Part shown: in pieces, positions 17,583 to 25,377 of the stretch
Position numbering within the stretch: position 1 is the stretch's first letter
Layout: every line of letters starts with the position of its first letter
From: Minisyncoccota bacterium
GTDB lineage: Bacteria > Patescibacteriota > Minisyncoccia > Phycocordibacterales > UBA9973
Length of the DNA stretch: 64,000 nt
Direction: 5' to 3'
NCBI GenBank assembly: GCA_036517375.1
Contig: DATDWM010000018.1
Coordinates: forward strand, 9,004 to 73,003
The notes under the pieces: generated by a model
Databases searched by the model: none
What the model was told of the DNA's origin: nothing
What the model saw: the letters and a program-made list of their open reading frames with translations, nothing else
Position numbers and translations under genes: made by a program

Positions 17583-18221
17583 ATGAATGAAGTAAATAAA
17601 GATGGTTTTTGTACAATTTACATAGCTAGACATGGAAAAACTGAGTGGAATTTGGAAAAAATAAACCAAGGTCAGTCGGAGTCAAATATTTCTGAGCTCG
17701 GACTTAAGCAAGCACAAGAAGCAAGTCACAAATTAAAAGATGTGAATTTTAGTGCTATATATTCTTCAGATTTATCTATGGCGCATAGAACAGCTGAGAT
17801 TATTAAGGGTAATCGAGATATAGATATTCAAAAATCTAAATCATTAAGAGGTCGTTCATATGGAACTTTTGAGGGTAAAAAGATTGAGGTATATAAGAAC
17901 TTTTTTAAGGATAAGTTAGCTGAAAGAGAAATTTTACCTGAAAAAGAATATATTTCATTTAGACTAGCCCCCGACATTGAAACTGATGAAGATATTACAA
18001 TTAGGTTTATGGGCAAGCTGATGGAAATATCCATTAATCATCCAAATGAGAGTGTGCTTGTGGTTACTCACGGCGGAGATATAAAAAACTTTCTAGTAAA
18101 GGTAGGTTACATCGAAAGGAAATCCTTTAAAGAGGGATCCTTTATTCATGGAGGGTATATGAAAGTAATTTCAGATGGTAATAATTTCTCAGTAGAATTA
18201 ATAGACGGAATAGAAGAATAA
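17583..18221 (+). CDS. histidine phosphatase (phosphoglycerate mutase family)
   Basis: ARHGKTEWN, SSDL, VVTHGG. Confidence 0.88.
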   Translation: MNEVNKDGFCTIYIARHGKTEWNLEKINQGQSESNISELGLKQAQEASHKLKDVNFSAIYSSDLSMAHRTAEIIKGNRDIDIQKSKSLRGRSYGTFEGKKIEVYKNFFKDKLAEREILPEKEYISFRLAPDIETDEDITIRFMGKLMEISINHPNESVLVVTHGGDIKNFLVKVGYIERKSFKEGSFIHGGYMKVISDGNNFSVELIDGIEE

Positions 18222-18227
18222 TTTTTT

Positions 18228-18998
18228 CTATTTCTTTCTTATTTCAAAAATAACATACATAGGAATTTTTGAATATATTTTGTAGAATTCAGGTTTTACT
18301 TTGAGAACAGATTTCAATGGTTTTGGTTCAATAAAATCTGAAACTATAAACCCGCTTTTTAATATGTCACTTATCATTGCAGAAATAGGTCGATGATAAT
18401 AAGTCACTTTAAAATCATCAGACAGAACATCACTTACTTTTCTTGTAGCTAAGTAATCCCCAAAAATCTTACCTTCTTTAGATCCATTATTTTGATACCC
18501 CATTAGAAAAGATTTTTTACCTACTGCTTTATTTATTTCCGCCCCCCACTTAACTGGGTGGTGTGTTGAAAAAAGAAATGTTCCATTTTTCTTTAGTATT
18601 CTTGAAACTTTAGTAAGTATTTTTGTCCAATCTTTTGAATAGTGTAATGCTAAGCTGGAGTAGATGAAATCAAAAGAATTATCAGGGAAATTTAACTTTT
18701 CCATATCCATAGTATGAAATTCTAAATTAGGGATAGTTTTCTTTAAAAAATTAATACGTTCATTTGATATGTCTATACCAACAACTCTTTTTGCCCCAAG
18801 AGACTTTATATGCTGACATTCTTCACCTGTACCACAACCTATACATAATACCGTTTTTCCTTTTAAGTTTGGAATTTTTTTATACATAGCTGGTTTCTCT
18901 AGATATGTATGCTTTATGTTTTTTCCGCTCCGCATTTTTTCAGCACATTTTATGGTGTATTTATTATAGGATTCGATTGTGGTTTTGTCTGTGGGCAT
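18228..18998 (-). CDS. class I SAM-dependent methyltransferase
   Basis: LCIGCGTG, GIDIS, FDFIYSSLALHY, LKKNG. Confidence 0.88.
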   Translation of the reverse strand: MPTDKTTIESYNKYTIKCAEKMRSGKNIKHTYLEKPAMYKKIPNLKGKTVLCIGCGTGEECQHIKSLGAKRVVGIDISNERINFLKKTIPNLEFHTMDMEKLNFPDNSFDFIYSSLALHYSKDWTKILTKVSRILKKNGTFLFSTHHPVKWGAEINKAVGKKSFLMGYQNNGSKEGKIFGDYLATRKVSDVLSDDFKVTYYHRPISAMISDILKSGFIVSDFIEPKPLKSVLKVKPEFYKIYSKIPMYVIFEIRKK

Positions 18999-19210
18999 GT
19001 TTAAAATTCATTATTATTATAGATTCTGGTAAATTTGAGTTTTATGTATAATTATATGCTTTATTGTATACAAGTTATCTGTACAATACAAATTATACTC
19101 ATACAGCTTATTATAAGTACCCTTTAAAGGGGTACGGGGGTCGTTTTCCGGGGTCCGGATACCCCCTGATGATACTTATGATGTTTTAGTAAAACATGCT
19201 ATATTTTGAA

Positions 19211-19277
19211 GGGCATTAAGACTTGTTTTAATCAAAGAGTGGTCTTTTATTAATTCTGAAATCCACTCTGAAAGCCC
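19211..19277 (+). ncRNA. candidate three-way-junction RNA/leader upstream of the HAD gene
   Basis: TG-c-TATATT at 19197-19205; GGGC/GCCC closing stem, ATTAAGAC/GTTTTAAT, AGAGTGG/CCACTCT, GAAA linker. Confidence 0.35.
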
Positions 19278-19303
19278 GCACATAATGTAAGAGAATTCCC
19301 AAA

Positions 19304-19924
19304 ATGCCTAACTTTAAATACAAAGCAATAATTTTTGATTATGACGATACTTTAGTCGAAAGCAGAAAGCAAAAGTGGGACCAGCATAAACACGTTGCCA
19401 AGAAATTTTACAACATAGATATTACTGATGGTGACCTAGGAGAGCATTGGGGTAAGCCGCTACATCTACTTGTGGAAGGTTTATATAAACTTTCAGACAC
19501 GGTAGAAAATATCTATACCAACTTAGCATTAACTCGAGACGATTTCAGAAAAGTTGTGTATGAAGGATCGGTCGATTTAGTGAAAAGACTCCTAAAAGAT
19601 AACATAAAAATCGGGGTAGTGTCAGCAACTGCTCGTCGCTTTTTAATTGATGACTTGAAAGATCATGGATTTCCCCTAGAAGATTTTATAATAGTTCAGG
19701 GTGCGGATGATACCCTAGTACACAAGCCGGACCCAGCTGTCTTCACGCCTGTTTTAGAAAAGCTAAGTAAGGAAGGAATTAAAAAAGAAGAAATAACTTA
19801 TGTGGGGGACTCTATCACCGACCTGGAAGCTGCGCATAAGGCAGGAATTAGTTTCGTTGCTATAACCACTGGCCTCTATTCGGAAGAAGATTTTAAAAAA
19901 TTGGGCGCAAAGACTATAATATAA
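19304..19924 (+). CDS. HAD family phosphatase (Gph/PpaX-like)
   Basis: FDYDDTL, VVS, HKPDP, YVGDSITD. Confidence 0.88.
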   Translation: MPNFKYKAIIFDYDDTLVESRKQKWDQHKHVAKKFYNIDITDGDLGEHWGKPLHLLVEGLYKLSDTVENIYTNLALTRDDFRKVVYEGSVDLVKRLLKDNIKIGVVSATARRFLIDDLKDHGFPLEDFIIVQGADDTLVHKPDPAVFTPVLEKLSKEGIKKEEITYVGDSITDLEAAHKAGISFVAITTGLYSEEDFKKLGAKTII

Positions 19925-19962
19925 AAATATAAGAGAATTATTCAAAGTATTAAATAAATAAT

Positions 19963-20556
19963 ATGCTAGACTTTTTCGACATCCCATACCTTCTTATTAC
20001 CTTTGGCTACACGGGCATCTTTGTAATCATTTTCCTAGAATCTGGGATATTTTTTCCTCTACCAGGGGATAGCCTGCTTTTTACTGGAGGGCTCTTTGCG
20101 GCCACTATCGGCCTAAATATATACTTTCTACTAGTCGTTGTTTTCGTGGCTACATTTTTAGGCGGATTGGCTGGATACCAGGTTGGCGTTTACTTATACA
20201 AGCTTCACGACTATTCATTTTTCAGAATATTCCTCAAGAAGGAACACATTGACCGCGCGCACATATTTTTTGAAAAGCATGGACAGTTTGCCATTATGTT
20301 CTGCCGGTTTATTCCCATTATTCGCACCTTTACACCCATCGTAGCGGGAGTGGCCAAGATGAACTATCGAGAATTCGTAAAGTATAATACTTACGGTTCA
20401 CTAATCTGGACTTTACTCATTACCTTGCTTGGATTTTTCTTGGGTCACGTTTTCCCGGAAATTCAAAACCACCTATCTTGGATTATTGTTCTAATTGTTT
20501 TAATATCTTTTCTACCATTTTTGTTGAAGCTACGTCCGAAGCGTCGAGCCAAGTGA
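19963..20556 (+). CDS. dedA: DedA family membrane protein
   Basis: FLESG..LPGDSLLF, RFIPIIRTF. Confidence 0.9.
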   Translation: MLDFFDIPYLLITFGYTGIFVIIFLESGIFFPLPGDSLLFTGGLFAATIGLNIYFLLVVVFVATFLGGLAGYQVGVYLYKLHDYSFFRIFLKKEHIDRAHIFFEKHGQFAIMFCRFIPIIRTFTPIVAGVAKMNYREFVKYNTYGSLIWTLLITLLGFFLGHVFPEIQNHLSWIIVLIVLISFLPFLLKLRPKRRAK

Positions 20557-21343
20557 TTTTCTTGTCGCGCTTGAACCAAGTCATCTGGCGCTTGGCGTAG
20601 TCGAGCGTAGCCTTCACAACACTCCCTACTGTCGGGTTATAGTATTCGAAGCCTAATTCTTGCAATCTTTTTTCTGGAATACCTAACTTTTTAAGTTTTT
20701 TAATTTCTCGTAATAGTCCTGATTTAAACATAACCCCAACTCTTTTTTCTACTTTCTTTTTTAATTTCTCGGGCGGTAAATACAAACCAATCTTTATGAA
20801 TTTATACGGAGGAGTTTCCTCCGTAACTGGCGGGACTTTACCTAAAGCCTTTGCGATTTCTATGGCTCTGATAATCCTTACTCGGTTTTGCGGATCAATT
20901 TCCCGAGATCTTCTCTTATCTAATTTTTTTAACTCAGTAACTAACTCAGGAGTTAATTTTTTATCTAATTCTTTTCTTAATTTTTTATTCGGCGGAACTG
21001 AAGGTAGGATTGTGCCTTTAGTCACGGCATCAATGTAGAATCCCGTGCCACCACAAATAATAGGCACATGCCCACGGGCTAGGATTTCTTTTATTTTTTC
21101 TTCAGCTAAAGTTTTATACAGAGAGACACTGAATTGCTTTTTGGGATTTGCCACGTCGAGCAGGTGGTGCGGTACGCCATGCATTTCCTCTTGCGTAATT
21201 TTCCCGGTGCCGATATCTAGATTTTTATATATTTGTCTTGAATCAGCGGAAATAATTTCACCGTTCCACTTCTCGGCAATCTTTACTGCTAAACTACTTT
21301 TACCGGTAGCTGTTTGTCCTAGAATTACAAGAACTTTTTTCAT
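20483..21343 (-). CDS. miaA: tRNA dimethylallyltransferase
   Basis: GQTATGKS, SADSRQIY, GGTGFY, YAKRQMTWF. Confidence 0.93.
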   Translation of the reverse strand: MKKVLVILGQTATGKSSLAVKIAEKWNGEIISADSRQIYKNLDIGTGKITQEEMHGVPHHLLDVANPKKQFSVSLYKTLAEEKIKEILARGHVPIICGGTGFYIDAVTKGTILPSVPPNKKLRKELDKKLTPELVTELKKLDKRRSREIDPQNRVRIIRAIEIAKALGKVPPVTEETPPYKFIKIGLYLPPEKLKKKVEKRVGVMFKSGLLREIKKLKKLGIPEKRLQELGFEYYNPTVGSVVKATLDYAKRQMTWFKRDKKITWLDASDVASTKMVEKILKQLEQ

Positions 21344-21350
21344 ATTCCAA

Positions 21351-22673
21351 TTATTCTAAAATTTTTATGTCAGCGCCGATAGAATTGAGGCGCTTGACTA
21401 TGTCTTCATAACCCCTGTTGATCATGTAAACATTTCTTAATATTGAAGTTCCGGGCGCGGAGAGCATCGCAAGCATTATAACCATAGAGGGACGTAGTGC
21501 GGGTGGGCAGACTATTTCAGCAGGATTTAGCTTGTAGCCACCTTGAATATATAGACGGTGTGGGTCGGCTAGTTTTAAATTTGCCCCCATCTTACTTAGT
21601 TCAGTCAGATAGATGGCGCGGTTTTCGTAAGTCCAGTCGTGTAGCAGTGTTTCTCCTGTTGCTTTCATTGCAGGGATTACAAAGTAAGGCAGGTTGTCCA
21701 TGTTGATGCCGGGGAAAGGGTTGGCGTGGATCTTGTCATCAAGCGCAATAAATTCTGATGGATGAATTACTATGTCTACTAAATTAGTATGGCCATTGTC
21801 TGAAATGTACTTTTTTAAAATCTCATATTTGAGCCCCATTTTAAAAAGTTTATATAGTTCTAATTCTAGAAAATCTATCGGCGCATGTGTAATGGTGAGC
21901 TTCGAGTCGGTGGCTATGGCAGCAGCTATCAGAGTCATGGACTCAATAGGGTCTTCGCTATTGTGGTATTCTATCTTTTTATTTATGGATTCCACTCCAT
22001 GAATTACTAAAGTCGAGGTTCCTATTCCTTCTATTTTTACTCCACATTTTTCTAAAAAGAAGCACAGTTCCTGCACCATATAATTTGAACTAGTAAACTT
22101 TACCGTAGTTTGACCAGGGATTAAAGCTGCTGCCATTAATATATTTTCGGTTGGAGTGTCGCCTGCTTCATACATTACGATTTCTCCAGCGGAAAGTCCG
22201 CTGTGGGTTACCACATATTCATCATGGGTAACTTTAATTTTTACTCCTAATTCTTCTAAGGCATAGCTATGAGCTGCTATTGTGCGCTTACCAAGGTTAC
22301 ATCCTTCGGCGTGTGGAATGTTGAAAGATTTTAGAAAATGAATAAGCGGGCCGATGACCATTAGTATCGAACGAGTTTTTATAGCTGAATCTTTATTTAT
22401 ATTTGAAAGGTCGAAACTCTCTGGAGGATTTATTTCTAAAGAATGTTCTCCTGTCCAAGAAACTTTAACCCCAATGCTTTCTAGGATTTCAATTACTCTA
22501 TTTACTTCTTCAATTCTAGCGATGCCTTGTAGAGTAGTGGTGTCACGGTTGAGCAAGGAAGCACACAGAAGTCCCACGGAGCCATTCTTAGAATAGCCGG
22601 TACGGATACTCCCAGAGAGCTTTTTACCGCCTTCGATTTGAAAATCTGTGGAATTTTTTAACAATGTGTTCAT
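21351..22673 (-). CDS. murA: UDP-N-acetylglucosamine 1-carboxyvinyltransferase
   Basis: SKN, GCNLGKR, TENILMAA, DPIE, PFPG, ENR, RGYE. Confidence 0.92.
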   Translation of the reverse strand: MNTLLKNSTDFQIEGGKKLSGSIRTGYSKNGSVGLLCASLLNRDTTTLQGIARIEEVNRVIEILESIGVKVSWTGEHSLEINPPESFDLSNINKDSAIKTRSILMVIGPLIHFLKSFNIPHAEGCNLGKRTIAAHSYALEELGVKIKVTHDEYVVTHSGLSAGEIVMYEAGDTPTENILMAAALIPGQTTVKFTSSNYMVQELCFFLEKCGVKIEGIGTSTLVIHGVESINKKIEYHNSEDPIESMTLIAAAIATDSKLTITHAPIDFLELELYKLFKMGLKYEILKKYISDNGHTNLVDIVIHPSEFIALDDKIHANPFPGINMDNLPYFVIPAMKATGETLLHDWTYENRAIYLTELSKMGANLKLADPHRLYIQGGYKLNPAEIVCPPALRPSMVIMLAMLSAPGTSILRNVYMINRGYEDIVKRLNSIGADIKILE

Positions 22674-22683
22674 TTTTTATTTG

Positions 22684-22765
22684 TGCCGGAGGAGAGAATC
22701 GAACTCTCACCCCTTACGAGACACGATTTTGAGTCGTGCGCGTCTACCAATTCCGCCACTCCGGC
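22684..22765 (-). tRNA. tRNA-Leu(CAA)
   Basis: GCCGGAGTGGCGGAATTGGTAGACGCGCACGACTCAAAATCGTG, long variable arm, GTTCGATT, CTCCGGCA. Confidence 0.95.
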
Positions 22766-22857
22766 AACGAGTGCAATCCCCACATTTTACACAAAAAACA
22801 CTTTAAAATCAATTAAAATAAATTTTGTAAAATTATTTAATATGATAGAATAGACCC

Positions 22858-23859
22858 ATGTCCAACTTATATTCCAATTCAATCTTCTGGGTTGATACAG
22901 ATAAAATAAAACCAAACCCTTACCAGCCACGTAGGGATTTTGACGAAGCTCGCTTGCAAGACCTGGCTCTGTCCATCAAGCAATACGGGGTGCTTCAGCC
23001 ACTGACTGTTTCCCGAGTAGAAGTTGAAAAGGATGAAGGCGGGCTAGTAACGGAATATGAACTCATTGCTGGCGAGCGCCGCTTGCGGGCATCAAAGCTC
23101 GCTGGAGTGTCTCAGGTACCGGTCATCATCCGTGTAGGAGACACATCTATGATGAAGCTCGAGCTTGCAATCATAGAGAATTTACAGCGGGAAGACTTGA
23201 ATGTGGTTGACCGCGCACGGGCTTTTTTCCGTTTAGTTTCAGAATTTAAATTTACTCATAACGAAGTGGCTAAGAAGATGGGTCGCAGTCGAGAGTATGT
23301 TTCAAATACGCTACGAATACTTACTTTGCCGGAAGAAATTTTAAACGGACTATCGGAAGGAAAAATTACGGAAGGACACACCCGGCCGATACTTATGCTT
23401 GCAGATCACCCTGAGGAGCAGATGGTATTGTTTAAGGAGATTGTTTATAAAAAAATCACGGTGCGGGAAGCAGAAAGGTTGGCACGGAAAATTGCCTATG
23501 ACCGTGTACGAAAGAAAGAGTTTATGCCGGATCCGGAGATAGTTGAGCTCGAACGTGAATTCCAGGAAAAATTAGGTACTCGGGTAAACATTGAAAGAAA
23601 GGAGACCGGTGGACAGATAAAAATAGATTTCTTCTCGACCGAAGACCTCCGAACTATTTTAGATTTAATTAAACAAGAAATAAATGAAAAGCGGGGAGAC
23701 GAAATGATGGAGAATCACATTGCGAATCTGGAACCCGAAGGCAGAGCGGAGGAAGTAACGCCAGTAGCTCAAGCAGGGGTAGCGCTCGACGACCGAAGTA
23801 AAGACGAAGTAGAGTCAGATGATGACAAACTTTACAATATTTCGAACTTCAGCCTCTAA
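22858..23859 (+). CDS. parB: chromosome partitioning protein ParB/Spo0J
   Basis: PNPYQPRR, IAGERRLRA, ENLQREDL, HTH; acidic C-terminal tail. Confidence 0.92.
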   Translation: MSNLYSNSIFWVDTDKIKPNPYQPRRDFDEARLQDLALSIKQYGVLQPLTVSRVEVEKDEGGLVTEYELIAGERRLRASKLAGVSQVPVIIRVGDTSMMKLELAIIENLQREDLNVVDRARAFFRLVSEFKFTHNEVAKKMGRSREYVSNTLRILTLPEEILNGLSEGKITEGHTRPILMLADHPEEQMVLFKEIVYKKITVREAERLARKIAYDRVRKKEFMPDPEIVELEREFQEKLGTRVNIERKETGGQIKIDFFSTEDLRTILDLIKQEINEKRGDEMMENHIANLEPEGRAEEVTPVAQAGVALDDRSKDEVESDDDKLYNISNFSL

Positions 23860-25322
23860 CTTTTACCGAAGGATTTAAGCTTTGAAAGTAAGGTGTGTTT
23901 TTCGAGGTAGGACTTGATGTGTTTCTTAGCTATTGTAGTCTTGGCATATTCTAACCACTTGCCGGAGGGATTAGAGTCTTTCTTAGTAATTACTTCGACG
24001 ATGTCGCCGTTTTTTAATTTAGTAAATATCTGAGACATCTTACTGTTTATTTTCACTCCGAAAACGTGGTTGCCAATGTCGGAATGTATTGAATAGGCGA
24101 AGTCTATCGGACTTGAATCTTCGGGAAGGTCCACCACGTCACCCTTGGGGGTAAAAATAAATATGCGGTCATTAAAGAAATCCATTCTTAAATGCTCCAT
24201 ATAGGTAGTGGGTTTGTCTGGAGAATAGTTGAGTTCCTTTAAGTCTTCAATCCATTTAAATTTCGATTTATCATTTAGGCCTTTTTTGTTATTTTCTTTG
24301 TAGGCAAAATGTGCCGCGATACCATACGCGGCTTCGGCGTGCATTTCCTTGGTTCTGATTTGGAGTTCAGCTACACCTGAGATGCCGGTAAATATTGTGG
24401 TGTGAATGGAGCGGTAGCCGTTAGGTTTAGGTATGGCTATGTAATCCTTGATGCGCCCTGGTAGTGGATTCCAGATAGAATGTATGATGCCCAACACTCG
24501 ATAACAATCCTCTACATTTTCTACTACTACTCGGAGCGCCACGATATCATAGATTTTATCAATATCCATTTCATACTTCAGTAATTTTTTATACAAGCTG
24601 TATTTGTGCTTCATGCGATAACTTATTTCGGACACGTTTATTTTACTTTTACTCAACTCCTTTTGTAAAGTGTCCCGCACTTCGAGTAGGCACTTTTCAT
24701 AAGAATCTTTTTTATCTTTTATTATATCTTCTGTCTCTCCATACTCCTTAGGATAGGCAAAAGGGAAGGCAGCATCCTCGAGCTCACCTTTAAGCTTTCC
24801 CATTCCGAGGCGGTTGGCGAGCGGCGCGTAGACGTCGATGGATTCCTTAGCTATTCTTTCCCGTTTGTCTTCCCGGACGTGTTGTAAGGTTCGGAGATTG
24901 TGCAGGCGATCGGCGAATTTTATTATCACCACTCGCAAGTCGTTGGCCATCGCCACGAAGAACTTACGCAAGCTCTCTACGTGGCGCTCATGGCCGTGAT
25001 ATTTAAGAGTGCCGAGCTTTGTTACGCCTTTTATTAAAAATAAAATGTCGGGGCCAAATTCTTTTTCAATTTCTTCTTCTGAAGTCTCTGTGTCCTCGAG
25101 GACATCATGTAGTAGCCCCGCGGCGATGGTCTGAGTATCCATTCCGAATTCCGCTAAATTCTTGGCTGTTTGAAAGGAGTGTGTAAAATAAGGTTCACCA
25201 CTCATCCTCTTCTGGTTTCCGTGGGATTTTTCAGCAAATGCATAAGCTTTTTGGATAAGCTCTTCTTCCTGCTTGCTTATCTTTCCACCCATAAGAGTAA
25301 TGATTTCCTTAACATTTGGCAT
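23856..25322 (-). CDS. relA: RelA/SpoT (p)ppGpp synthetase/hydrolase, HD-SYNTH-TGS (no ACT domain)
   Basis: LLHDVLED, KFADRLHN, RIKDY, PKPNGYRSIH, ELQIRT, TGS DFAY..HSDIG; start placed at ATG 25322. Confidence 0.9.
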   Translation of the reverse strand: MPNVKEIITLMGGKISKQEEELIQKAYAFAEKSHGNQKRMSGEPYFTHSFQTAKNLAEFGMDTQTIAAGLLHDVLEDTETSEEEIEKEFGPDILFLIKGVTKLGTLKYHGHERHVESLRKFFVAMANDLRVVIIKFADRLHNLRTLQHVREDKRERIAKESIDVYAPLANRLGMGKLKGELEDAAFPFAYPKEYGETEDIIKDKKDSYEKCLLEVRDTLQKELSKSKINVSEISYRMKHKYSLYKKLLKYEMDIDKIYDIVALRVVVENVEDCYRVLGIIHSIWNPLPGRIKDYIAIPKPNGYRSIHTTIFTGISGVAELQIRTKEMHAEAAYGIAAHFAYKENNKKGLNDKSKFKWIEDLKELNYSPDKPTTYMEHLRMDFFNDRIFIFTPKGDVVDLPEDSSPIDFAYSIHSDIGNHVFGVKINSKMSQIFTKLKNGDIVEVITKKDSNPSGKWLEYAKTTIAKKHIKSYLEKHTLLSKLKSFGKS

Positions 25323-25329
25323 AGGTGTT

Positions 25330-25358
25330 ATTATACTACTTGATTTCAAGTTTGACAA
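25330..25358 (-). promoter_or_regulatory. sigma70-type promoter for relA (leaderless)
   Basis: Minus strand TTGTCA-17 nt-TATAAT-7 nt-ATG. Confidence 0.7.
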
Positions 25359-25377
25359 ATTTGTTAAAGATTGTAGA

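Larger units (their letters stand above)
11624..19300. other. AT-rich genomic island after tRNA-Trp (right boundary approximate; no integrase seen)
   Basis: Visibly more AT-rich with many Lys/Ile/Asn-rich ORFs; begins at the tRNA 3' end; secE/nusG that usually follow rpmG-tRNA-Trp are absent. Confidence 0.7.

Noticed and set aside
19211-19277. Hammerhead ribozyme or degenerate tRNA reading of the structure
   Set aside because: Lacks the CUGANGA core and lacks a T-loop or anticodon arm.
19274-19280. GCCCGCA matching the tRNA-Trp 3' end as a possible attR
   Set aside because: Only 7 bp, no integrase in the window, and it also forms the closing stem of the candidate RNA; too weak to call.
22858-23859. 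ParB as a plasmid or novel partition system; parS sites
   Set aside because: The sequence is a typical chromosomal Spo0J; no parA is adjacent and no consensus parS palindrome was spotted.
23856-25322. Truncated RelA/SpoT as a pseudogene or toxic small alarmone synthetase
   Set aside because: HD, synthetase and TGS motifs are intact with a good promoter; consistent with a shortened housekeeping Rel.
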